Shown here one piece after another: positions 19,511 through 29,443 of a stretch of DNA of 64,000 nucleotides; within the stretch, counting starts at the first letter, position 1, and each line of letters opens with the position of its first letter. The notes beneath the pieces were generated by a model. It ran no database searches. It was not told the origin of the DNA and saw nothing but the letters and a program-made list of their open reading frames with translations. The translations under genes were made by a program, and so were the position numbers. Origin of the DNA: an uncultured delta proteobacterium (lineage in GTDB: Bacteria > Desulfobacterota > Binatia > DP-6); contig CAWFFN010000005.1 in NCBI GenBank assembly GCA_963815115.1, forward strand, positions 1,568,001 through 1,632,000, written 5' to 3'.

Positions 19511-20818
19511 CTACTGCCGCAAGGTGCCGACGCGAGCGTGAAGATCGTCGAACAAGACCTGGAGCGCCGCGACGCAGTTCGGTGAGAGCTTCCTGGCCAC
19601 CTTGTGCTTGCCGACGGTCCGTCCGAGCTTCCCGAAACGCTTGGACGCGTGCCCGAACCCCCGGCGCGCCTTCTTGCCGGTGGCGCTCGCGGCCGAATCG
19701 GCCGTCGCGCACGCCTTCGGGAATCCGTTCGTGACCGATGCCGGCAGTGCCAGGCCGGCGCACACCGATGGGATGCCGGCCGCACATTCGCAATCGATCA
19801 CGTCGATTCCGCTGCGGTCTCCACAGCCCGCGCCGGGAAGCGTCGTGGTGGTCGTGCTCGTCGTATTTCCGACGAGCGTCGTCGTGGTCGTGCTCGACGT
19901 GGTCGTCGCCGTCGTCACCAGCAGGTTGTCCACGATCAACCCCGAGTCGGAGCTCACGCTGTAGCCGGGCGGCAGGTTGAAGACCGGCCCGGTGCTGGGG
20001 AGCTTCAACGTGTGGAACGCGTCGCCCGATAGCAAGATGCTGGACGTGGGGTCGAGCTCTCCGAGGTGCGCCACGGTCGTCCCCCTCATCTCCAGCTCGA
20101 GCGTGAGCGTCACCGGCGCGCCGAGTGGAACGCTCGCCGCACAGGCCGCGAAGTCTCCGTCGACGGTCGTCATGGACGCGGAATGGTCGGTCTCATCCGC
20201 GCTGATGTTGTGCATCACGACGACGCCGGAGGGGACGATCTCGATGCCGGGGTCTTCGTTCGGTTCCGGGAAGTCGCTGACGAAGAGATCGATCGCGGCA
20301 TGGTCGCCGAGGGCGCAAGCCACCTTCAGGTCGTTTTCGCCAGCCGCGAAGTTCACGGCGTCCACCGACAGGAGGGCGTCGATCCTCACGTTGAGGCTGG
20401 CCGACACGGAGGTGGCACCCGCCGGGCCCGTGAAGCGTAGATCGTCGAATACCATGAGCGCCGCCGCGTCCGTGTCGAAAGTGATCGCGGGTGGGGTGAC
20501 GGGGACGATCAGATGGCTGTTCTGGAGGACGCCGAGGCCCTGGCGCCCGGCGGTGGCTTCCCCGGTCGACTCCTCGACGACGAGGGCGACCGTCGAGCCG
20601 GCATGCGAGAGTATCGCGTGGGCCGTGTCGGGATGGTCGTCGGCCTTCATGTCGCCGGTGTGGGTCGTTGACTCGTTGGGGATCTCCACGGTCTCCGACC
20701 AGGTCAATCCCGCGACGAAGTGCGGCACGGCCCAGGCGCGTGGCGAGACGGCGAGACCGCTCGTAGTGACCAGCGTCACCGCCAGGACCGCAGACCTCGC
20801 GCGGCTGAATGACGACAT
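19511..20818 (-). CDS. Secreted hypothetical protein with Thr-rich linker and basic helical C-terminal domain
   Basis: Signal peptide ending in AWA; TTTSSTTTTT linker; K/R-rich Cys-flanked tail. Confidence 0.75.
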   Translation of the reverse strand: MSSFSRARSAVLAVTLVTTSGLAVSPRAWAVPHFVAGLTWSETVEIPNESTTHTGDMKADDHPDTAHAILSHAGSTVALVVEESTGEATAGRQGLGVLQNSHLIVPVTPPAITFDTDAAALMVFDDLRFTGPAGATSVSASLNVRIDALLSVDAVNFAAGENDLKVACALGDHAAIDLFVSDFPEPNEDPGIEIVPSGVVVMHNISADETDHSASMTTVDGDFAACAASVPLGAPVTLTLELEMRGTTVAHLGELDPTSSILLSGDAFHTLKLPSTGPVFNLPPGYSVSSDSGLIVDNLLVTTATTTSSTTTTTLVGNTTSTTTTTLPGAGCGDRSGIDVIDCECAAGIPSVCAGLALPASVTNGFPKACATADSAASATGKKARRGFGHASKRFGKLGRTVGKHKVARKLSPNCVAALQVLFDDLHARVGTLRQ

Positions 20819-20911
20819 TCCCCCGGTCGGGCCGATACCATGCGCGGCGCGCCGATGTCGAGCTTGCGAGGTGCGCCGCGGCTCGATTCCCGCGAGTTCG
20901 AGAGCGTGGCG

Positions 20912-21607
20912 TCAGCGTGACCGGCGCCAGCCTGCCGCACGGGCCTCCGCTTCGGAGCAGAACCAGCGCTCGCCGTGTGCCGGGTCGATGTGTGTCTCGT
21001 CGTAGCCGCGATCTCCGGGGAGGTGGTACAGGCGCGCCCCTTTCCGGTTGATGTTGCCCTTGATGGCGCAGGCGCCCGGAACGGCGCCGCCCTTCGCCGT
21101 CGTCGACTCCGACCGGTGCTCTTCGCGCCACTCCCAGGGCGGCGTGAACGTGCCGCTCCATATGCCTCGCCTGGCTGCCCTCGCTGCCGTCTCGTCGACG
21201 ACGTAGTCCGTGCCGTAGCGACGATAGGCGAGCGCCCAGCCCTCGCGCACGAGCCACGCGCCGATGTCCTCTCCGGCGACGAGGCAGACCGCGACCGGCC
21301 GGCCGTATCGATCCGTGTCGCGCGGCTGGCAGCTGAGTGGACGGCGACCGATGTGGTCGGCCAGCGCGTGCGCTGCAGCCTGGCCGCATCGCCAGTCGCG
21401 GCCGTCCCGGTGGCATGCCTGCCGGCCTTCCGGGGCGTCGATCCCGTAGAGTCGGATGGGCCGACCGTGAATCTCGACGGTGTCACCGTCGCGTACCGTG
21501 GCGACGCCCGCGATCGGATCGGGTGCGGCCTCGGCCGGGATCGCTCCGAGCAACACGACGCCACCGAACACGGCTGCCAGCGCCAGCCGGGACCACCACG
21601 GCCGCAT
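20912..21607 (-). CDS. Thermonuclease (SNase-like) family protein
   Basis: DGDT, IRLYGIDAPE, DRYGR; C-terminal CAIKGNI...YHLPG...ERWFCSEAEA. Confidence 0.92.
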   Translation of the reverse strand: MRPWWSRLALAAVFGGVVLLGAIPAEAAPDPIAGVATVRDGDTVEIHGRPIRLYGIDAPEGRQACHRDGRDWRCGQAAAHALADHIGRRPLSCQPRDTDRYGRPVAVCLVAGEDIGAWLVREGWALAYRRYGTDYVVDETAARAARRGIWSGTFTPPWEWREEHRSESTTAKGGAVPGACAIKGNINRKGARLYHLPGDRGYDETHIDPAHGERWFCSEAEARAAGWRRSR

Positions 21608-21653
21608 GCGCCCCTGTAGCGCAAACCGGATCCGGCGGCACGCGTGGCGGGCA

Positions 21654-21941
21654 TCAGGTGATCCAACGGGCCACGGCCTCGAACGCGGCCCCGGCCGCGG
21701 GGTCGAGCCTCACCTCGCGCACGTCCTCGAGCTTGCGCAGCTGGGCCATCACCTGCTCGAGGCGGCCGTCGTCGGCGACCTCGAGCAGCACGACGCTCTG
21801 CGCGCCGTCGCCGAACGGCACGCACAGGATGCCCTCGACGTTGAAGGCGCGGCGGGCGAACAGGCCGCTCACGTGCGACATGACGCCGGGATGGTTCCGG
21901 ACGGTGAGCCGCAGGATGGCGGGAGGGGTATCAGACGGCAT
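21654..21941 (-). CDS. ilvN: Acetolactate synthase I small regulatory subunit (ACT)
   Basis: LTVRNHPGVMSHVSGLFARRAFNVEGILC; short IlvN type; overlaps the ilvB stop. Confidence 0.93.
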   Translation of the reverse strand: MPSDTPPAILRLTVRNHPGVMSHVSGLFARRAFNVEGILCVPFGDGAQSVVLLEVADDGRLEQVMAQLRKLEDVREVRLDPAAGAAFEAVARWIT

Positions 21942-23607
21942 GGGGAGCCTCCTCGATCATGTCGCGGTTGGCGGCGCCTGGCGGCACCATCGGGTAGACG
22001 TTGGCGGCGCGCTCGATGGGCACGCGGACGAGACAGGCGCCCGGCGTGCCGAGCGCGCGCGCGAGTGTGGCGAGCGGCTCGCGCGTGTCACCGAGATCGT
22101 GGCCGGCGATGCCGAAGCCCCGTGCGATCGCGGCGAAATCGGGCTCGGCATGGAAGCGCGACGCGTGGTAGCGGCGTCCGTAGAACAGCTCCTGCTGCTG
22201 GCGCACCAGGCCGAGATGGCCGTTGTCGAGCAGGATCACCTTCACCGGCACCTGCTCCTCGGCCAGCGTGGCGAGCTCCTGGATGTTCATCAGCAGGCTG
22301 CCGTCGCCGGTGAAGCACACGACGGGACGACCCGGCTGGGCGAGCGCGGCGCCGATCGCAGCTGGAAGTCCGAAGCCCATCGTGCCCAGGCCGCCGGAGG
22401 TCAGCCACTGCCGCGGGCGGGTGAAGGGATATGCCTGCGCCGCCCACATCTGGTGCTGCCCGACGTCGCTGGTGACGATCGCGTCGGACCCCGCCAGTGC
22501 GGCCGCGTGCCGGACGATGCCGTAGGGCGAGCAGGGATCGTCCGCGTCCGGCATGACGAGCGGGTACGCCGCACGGAGCGCATCCGCACGCGCCCGCCAG
22601 GCGCTCCGTGGAACCGTTGCCACCAGTGGCTCCAGGGCGTCCAGCGCCATCCCCACGTCGGCGACCAGTCCGACCGTCGGCTGCCTGATCTTTCCGAGCT
22701 CGCTCGGGTCGATGTCGATGTGGACGACGCGGGCGCGAGGACAGAACTCGGACACCTTGCCCGTGGCGCGGTCGTCGAAGCGGATGCCGAGACCGACCAG
22801 CAGGTCGCAGTCCTCGAGGACGAGGTTGGTGGACCGCGCCGCATGCATGCCGACCATGCCGAGGAAGAGCGGGTGATCGTGCGGCATCGCACCCAGGCCG
22901 AGCAGCGTCGCCGCAACCGGCGCCGACGTCCGCTCCGCGATCCGCCGCAGCGCGCCGCTCGCTCCGGCGGCGATGATGCCGGCGCCGATCAGGAACACCG
23001 GCCGCTCGGCGGCGTTCAGCAGCGCGGCTGCACGAGCCAGCGCGTCCAAGTCGAGCGCCGGAGGCGGATCGGGTCGGCCCGGAGCGGGAAGCTCGTCGAC
23101 CTGGGCCAATTCCAGCTGGACGTCTTTCGGCACGTCGATGACGACGGGGCCGGGACGGCCGGACGACGCGACCCGGAACGCGTCCGGAACCACCTCGAGC
23201 AGCTCGGCGGCCGTGCGCACCAGGTAGTTGTGCTTGGTGATGGGGACCGTCAGCCCGTAGGTGTCGATCTCCTGGAATGCGTCGGTGCCGATCATCGCCC
23301 GCGGCACCTGGCCGGTGATGGCGACGAGCGGGATCGAATCGAGCTTGGCGTCGGCGATCCCGGTGAGGAGGTTCGTCGCCCCGGGCCCGGACGTGCCGAA
23401 GCAGACCGCGGGCCGTCCGCTCGCCCGCGCCATCCCCTGCGCGATGAACGCTGCCCCTTGCTCGTGGCGCGCCAGCACGTGACGGATGGAGCTTTCGCGA
23501 AGTGCGTCGTAGAGCGGCAAGCTCGCGCCGCCTGGAATGCCGGCGATCGTGGTGATGCCCTGGCGCTCGAGCAACCGCATGAGCAATCGTGCCCCGGTGA
23601 TCTTCAT
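21931..23607 (-). CDS. ilvB: Acetolactate synthase large subunit
   Basis: RHEQGA, TSGPGATN, GTDAFQE, RFDDR, DVGQHQMW, GDGS ThDP motif. Confidence 0.96.
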   Translation of the reverse strand: MKITGARLLMRLLERQGITTIAGIPGGASLPLYDALRESSIRHVLARHEQGAAFIAQGMARASGRPAVCFGTSGPGATNLLTGIADAKLDSIPLVAITGQVPRAMIGTDAFQEIDTYGLTVPITKHNYLVRTAAELLEVVPDAFRVASSGRPGPVVIDVPKDVQLELAQVDELPAPGRPDPPPALDLDALARAAALLNAAERPVFLIGAGIIAAGASGALRRIAERTSAPVAATLLGLGAMPHDHPLFLGMVGMHAARSTNLVLEDCDLLVGLGIRFDDRATGKVSEFCPRARVVHIDIDPSELGKIRQPTVGLVADVGMALDALEPLVATVPRSAWRARADALRAAYPLVMPDADDPCSPYGIVRHAAALAGSDAIVTSDVGQHQMWAAQAYPFTRPRQWLTSGGLGTMGFGLPAAIGAALAQPGRPVVCFTGDGSLLMNIQELATLAEEQVPVKVILLDNGHLGLVRQQQELFYGRRYHASRFHAEPDFAAIARGFGIAGHDLGDTREPLATLARALGTPGACLVRVPIERAANVYPMVPPGAANRDMIEEAPHAV

Positions 23608-23652
23608 CGCTTCCTCCTGATGTCATGTCTGCGGGCGGAGGAGCGGGGGCCC

Positions 23653-23696
23653 AAAAAGACGAAACCCCCGCCGGCCTCGCGCCGGCAGGGGTTTCG
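23653..23696 (-). terminator. Attenuator terminator of the ilvBN leader
   Basis: Minus-strand hairpin CGAAACCCCTGCCGGC...GCCGGCGGGGGTTTCG followed by TCTTTTT, about 45 nt before the ilvB start. Confidence 0.88.
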
Positions 23697-23719
23697 GATC
23701 GTGTCTGTGATCGTCCCCG

Positions 23720-23800
23720 CTAAGGCGCGACGGCCCCGGCTACGCGCACGACCACTACGACGACGGTGTCGAGCGGCAAGCGGTGACCGGCGGGGAACAT
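23720..23800 (-). CDS. ivbL: ilvBN leader peptide (Val-rich)
   Basis: MFPAGHRLPLDTVVVVVVRVAGAVAP*: six consecutive Val codons immediately before the terminator hairpin. Confidence 0.85.
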   Translation of the reverse strand: MFPAGHRLPLDTVVVVVVRVAGAVAP

Positions 23801-23859
23801 GTGAGGCAACCTTCTAGCGGAAAGCGCGGGCTCGATGCAAGGCGAAGCTTCGACGCACG

Positions 23860-24639
23860 TCAGGGGAAGCAGCGGGCGGCGGGATCGACCTCGCGCAGCC
23901 CGGAGGCGCCGACGACCCGCCATCCCGTGTCCGCCCGGCGCAGGTCCATCGGCCCGCAGAGGCGTGCCGATCTCCGGGGGCCGTTCCAGCGGACGACGTC
24001 CACGAACACGGCAGCGCGCCGGCCATCACTCCCCAGCAACCGGAGCTTCGTCACCTGGTGCGGTGGCCTCACCTCACGGAGGTAGTCCCGTACGACGGCG
24101 ACCTCGCATCCACCGGGCGCCGTGCGCCAGTCGGAGCACGTAGCGCGGGACGCCTCGCCAGCCGGCCCGCCGAGCACCAGCGTGCTGCGGCGGTTGTCGA
24201 TGCTCCACGTGCCGAGGCGGCCGAGGACGTTCTGCCCGAGCAGCAGGGGCGTGCCGGGACCGCTGATCGAGGCGGCCACCTGCCGGAACTCGTGATCGCC
24301 GACGCGCAAGCTCGGGATCAGGACCCGCCGGCTGCGGACGACGCGGCCGTCAGCGAGCCGGTACGAGCCACCGGGAAGGTACCTCGGAGGCGCCGAGCCT
24401 CGGGGGAACAGCGCGAACAGCACGTCCGAAGACACCTGCACGTCGGCGGAGCCGCTGTCCACGATGAACGGACGGACGAGCCAGCCGTTCAAGGTCACCG
24501 GCACCCGGTACACGGCGCCGTCCCGCGTGAGGGGAATCTCGCGGAGGGTCGCACCGGCTCGCCCGCTCTGGACGGCCAGCACGATCGCGGCGACGGCGGA
24601 GAGGACCGCACGCAACCGGTGACGCTGCCGCCGCCTCAT
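23860..24639 (-). CDS. Secreted retropepsin-like (clan AA) aspartic protease with C-terminal extension
   Basis: Signal peptide, FIVDSGSA catalytic motif, LLLGQNVL. Start reassigned to ATG 24639. Confidence 0.82.
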   Translation of the reverse strand: MRRRQRHRLRAVLSAVAAIVLAVQSGRAGATLREIPLTRDGAVYRVPVTLNGWLVRPFIVDSGSADVQVSSDVLFALFPRGSAPPRYLPGGSYRLADGRVVRSRRVLIPSLRVGDHEFRQVAASISGPGTPLLLGQNVLGRLGTWSIDNRRSTLVLGGPAGEASRATCSDWRTAPGGCEVAVVRDYLREVRPPHQVTKLRLLGSDGRRAAVFVDVVRWNGPRRSARLCGPMDLRRADTGWRVVGASGLREVDPAARCFP

Positions 24640-24744
24640 GGCGTTCCGTGACCACACGATGGCGTGGCGGTCAACCGGCCGGCCCGCGCGCGCAGCGGTC
24701 CGCGTGTGGCGATCCCGCCGCCGGTCCGCTAGGTAGGGGACTTC

Positions 24745-26442
<1,698 letters not shown>

Positions 26443-26521
26443 GGAGTGTCCGCACGGTCGAGCGCCCGCGCGGTCGGTCGGATTTCGCCGTCGCTACGGA
26501 AGGCTGGAAGCGACGGCCTCC

Positions 26522-26562
26522 CGCTACCTTTGAGGTAGCGCGCCGCAACCCGGAAAGTAGCG
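26522..26562. promoter_or_regulatory. Tandem 19-bp palindromic boxes (putative TF sites)
   Basis: CGCTACCTTTGAGGTAGCG and CGCAACCCGGAAAGTAGCG at a 22-bp period; motif recurs at 29321-29361 and 36582-36600. Confidence 0.6.
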
Positions 26563-26687
26563 CATCCTTCCCTAGGTGCCCCTGGGCTGCAGGGGGGACG
26601 GCAGCGAAGAAGGACTTCGCGATCTGCCGGTCCGATGGAATCGCGCATGGCCTCGTCACCGGAGCTGTGCCTTGAGAAGGAGCGTGA

Positions 26688-27716
26688 ATGGGCAAGCGTC
26701 AGAGATGGTTGGGTCTTGGTCTGGTGCTGGTCGTCGGGATCCCGACCAGCGCCCTGTCGGCCACGCTCAAGGTGTCCAACACGGGAACGGATGGGCCGGG
26801 GTGTGGTGGGACCAGTCCCTGTCGATCGATCGGCCGAGCAGTGGCGAATGCCGCGGCGGGCGACAAGATCGTCGTGGGCCCCGGACTGTACAGCGACAAT
26901 CTGGATGGAGACCCGGGAGTGAGCGGGCCTGGCGAGGAGCCGAGGGGCGGGATCACGATCACGAAACCACTGCAGATCGTCTCCGAGCTCGGCGCGAGCA
27001 GCACGCTGGTCAACTCGTTCGGTCCGGTCTTTCTCGTCGAGTCGAGCGGCGTGACGCTCGGCGTCCTCGGCAGCGGGTTCACGATCGAGACGCTCGGCAA
27101 TCCCGTGCTCGTGGCCGGCGGTGGTCAGCTGGTGAACGTGCGGGTGGGCGGCAACGTGATCGTGATCGACGACCCGCGCGGACCGGCCGGGATTCTCGCG
27201 GTCAACACGCGAGGTCGGATCGAGCACAATCGCATCGTGGCCCCGGGCGGCTGCTCCTTCGGGATCTTTCTCGCCCAGTCAGCCGACTTGGTGACCCGCA
27301 ACGTGGTCCTGGGCTGTACCACAGGCATCTCTGCACAGGACTCGGAAGGGGTCCGCTTTGTCCAGAACACGGTCATTGGCAGCGGGTTCAACGTCCCGGG
27401 CGGCTTCGGGTTCGACTTGAACAGGGGGGCCGTTGCCGAATTCTCGAACAACGCCCTGATCGGGAACGGCACCGGTGTGCTGCTCGGCATGGACATTCCC
27501 ACCTTCCGGGGGAACACGTTCGCCGGAAGCAGCACCAACTGCGGCGTGTCCAACTTCTCCGGGACGACGCTGCACGCCGCCAACAACTTCTGGGGCGCCG
27601 CCACCGGACCGGGCGACGACCCGGCCGATACTGTCTGTAACTCGGAGGGCAGCAGCGCGGTGACGACGCCGTTCCTCACCGCCGACCCGACGCGGGCCCA
27701 GGCCGCGATCCGATAG
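26688..27716 (+). CDS. Secreted right-handed beta-helix (pectin lyase-like) protein
   Basis: AAGGAG RBS, signal peptide, PCRSIGRAV...VGPGLY cap, Asn-ladder repeats, NNFWG. Confidence 0.85.
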   Translation: MGKRQRWLGLGLVLVVGIPTSALSATLKVSNTGTDGPGCGGTSPCRSIGRAVANAAAGDKIVVGPGLYSDNLDGDPGVSGPGEEPRGGITITKPLQIVSELGASSTLVNSFGPVFLVESSGVTLGVLGSGFTIETLGNPVLVAGGGQLVNVRVGGNVIVIDDPRGPAGILAVNTRGRIEHNRIVAPGGCSFGIFLAQSADLVTRNVVLGCTTGISAQDSEGVRFVQNTVIGSGFNVPGGFGFDLNRGAVAEFSNNALIGNGTGVLLGMDIPTFRGNTFAGSSTNCGVSNFSGTTLHAANNFWGAATGPGDDPADTVCNSEGSSAVTTPFLTADPTRAQAAIR

Positions 27717-27727
27717 ATCCGATGGGT

Positions 27728-27755
27728 GTAGGGACACGGCATGCCGTGTCCCTGC
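27728..27755. repeat. GTAG-family REP-like palindrome
   Basis: GTAGGGACACGGCATGCCGTGTCCCTGC, directly after the beta-helix gene stop. Confidence 0.7.
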
Positions 27756-27760
27756 ATGAC

Positions 27761-27873
27761 CCGGTGGCGCCGGCCCTGAAGTAGCGCGCAAGCTCGGCCA
27801 AGCGCTCGCGCGAGTCGTCGAAGCCGCGCGTGGGCGCTCCGCCGAAGGGCGCCATGAGCGTGTAATCGTCGCC
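27761..27873 (-). pseudogene. Internal fragment of an NTF2/SnoaL-like (DUF4440-type) gene
   Basis: Translates DDYTLMAPFGGAPTRGFDDSRERLAELARYFRAG, resembling the xDFTLMxPFGGxPTRG motif as recalled; no start and no C-terminal half. Confidence 0.55.
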
Positions 27874-27964
27874 CGCACCGTTTCCACATCGATACCGGCC
27901 GCTGAGTTGCCCCCGGGCCTGCGAGGCGTTTGGCGCCGCTGCTTCGCGGATTTCCGGGGCGACG

Positions 27965-28131
27965 TGTACGATCGGCTCTTCGCCGCCGAGGAGCCCGGTG
28001 GCGACGACGGGATGACCCAGCTCAACCCGGAGTCGCTCGAGGTGCTGCGCGGCTCCAAGCTCGAGTCGAGCCTGGCCGATGCGGCGCCGGACACCTGCTG
28101 GCAGTTCGAGCGCCGGCGGGCAGGGTAGGGA
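27965..28131 (+). pseudogene. glnS: Degenerate duplicate of the glnS 3' end
   Basis: Matches 26180-26328 joined to 26428-26445, i.e. a 99-nt in-frame deletion; same TAG and following GGA. Confidence 0.93.
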
Positions 28132-28151
28132 CTCGCCGCCTCCCGCCGTGC

Positions 28152-29204
28152 TCAGCCGAGCCAGGCCGGGTTCTGCGCGGTGCTGTCGAAGTGGTTGGTC
28201 GTTTTGAACAGCTCGTACGTCCCGTCGGCGGCCGGCTTGGCGGTGCGGGCGAGCAGGGCGTCGACCTGCGCCGACGTCATGGGCTCGAACGTTCTGACCG
28301 CCTCGATCGCCTGATCGAGGATCTCCATCCGATCGATCCCGGTGATCACGACCGACACCGGCAGGGTCATCGTGTAGTGCAGGCATTCGAGCGGCGTGAC
28401 GACGCCGCTCTTGAGGATGAACTTGTCGCCCATCGACTTCATGCCGAGCGGGCCGATCCCCTCCTCGAGGAGGACCGGGAGGACCTGGTGCCCGAAGCTC
28501 CGGAAGTGGGCATCCATCACGTTGAGCGGCATCTGGACGGTGTCGAATCGGGTCCCGTGCCGCTTCGCGATGTCCAGCATCCGGAGGTGCACGGACGGGT
28601 CCTTGTGGCCGGTGAATCCGATGTAGCGGACCTTTCCCGCCTTCTGGGCATCCCGCACCGCCTCCTGCGCGCCGTCGACGGCAAAGATCCGATCCGGGTC
28701 TTCGAGCCGGATCACCTCGTGGTGCTGCAGGAGATCGAGGCGATCGGTCTGCAGACGTCGCAGTGACTCGTCGATCTGCTTGGCCGCGGCCTCCTTGGTC
28801 CGGCCGTCGATCTTGGTCATCAGGAAGACCTTGTCGCGATAGCCGTCGCGCAGGGCCTTGCCCATGCGCATCTCGCTGGCGCCGCCGTTGTAGTCCCAGC
28901 TGTTGTCCATGAAGGTGACGCCCTGATCGATGGCGCGCCGGATGATCCGGATCGACTCCTCTTCGTCCTTGGATTGTCCGATGTGGTAGCCGCCGAGGCC
29001 GATGAGCGAGACCCGCTCGCCGGTGCGGCCGAGCGAGCGATAGAGCATGTCGCCCTTCCGCACGGTTGCCGGCGGGCGTCCTCCCGCCGGCTTCCTCGAC
29101 TCCGCAGCCCGGGCCTGGTCCAGCGGTCCGGCCCCGGCGATACCGGCCGCGATGCCGGCAATCGACGCACTCGCTGCGAGAAAGTCCCGTCGCGTCGTCG
29201 TCAT
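28152..29204 (-). CDS. Tat-signal aldo/keto reductase
   Basis: TRRDFL twin-arginine signal; GLGGYHIG, DNSWDY, FLMTK, GFTGHK; GGAGG RBS. Confidence 0.9.
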   Translation of the reverse strand: MTTTRRDFLAASASIAGIAAGIAGAGPLDQARAAESRKPAGGRPPATVRKGDMLYRSLGRTGERVSLIGLGGYHIGQSKDEEESIRIIRRAIDQGVTFMDNSWDYNGGASEMRMGKALRDGYRDKVFLMTKIDGRTKEAAAKQIDESLRRLQTDRLDLLQHHEVIRLEDPDRIFAVDGAQEAVRDAQKAGKVRYIGFTGHKDPSVHLRMLDIAKRHGTRFDTVQMPLNVMDAHFRSFGHQVLPVLLEEGIGPLGMKSMGDKFILKSGVVTPLECLHYTMTLPVSVVITGIDRMEILDQAIEAVRTFEPMTSAQVDALLARTAKPAADGTYELFKTTNHFDSTAQNPAWLG

Positions 29205-29320
29205 GATCGACCTCCGAGCCGGGCAGCGGGGTCCCACTCCCGGATCAGCTCTAGCCGATTCCGCGTGACCGTCCAGCCCGTATCGCCACGGCCGAATCTC
29301 TCGAACGGTGCTCGGCTGAG

Positions 29321-29361
29321 TCCGTCGGTGAAGGTAGCGGCCCGCTACCCGAGAAGTAGCA
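29321..29361. promoter_or_regulatory. Second copy of the tandem palindromic box
   Basis: 29332-29360 matches 26533-26561 at 24 of 29 positions. Confidence 0.6.
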
Positions 29362-29443
29362 GCCCAATCCCGAGGGCGAGGTGGCGGCGCATCGCGTCCA
29401 GTGGTGCGCGGCGAACCTGGCGAAACGACGAGGAGACTCGGGA

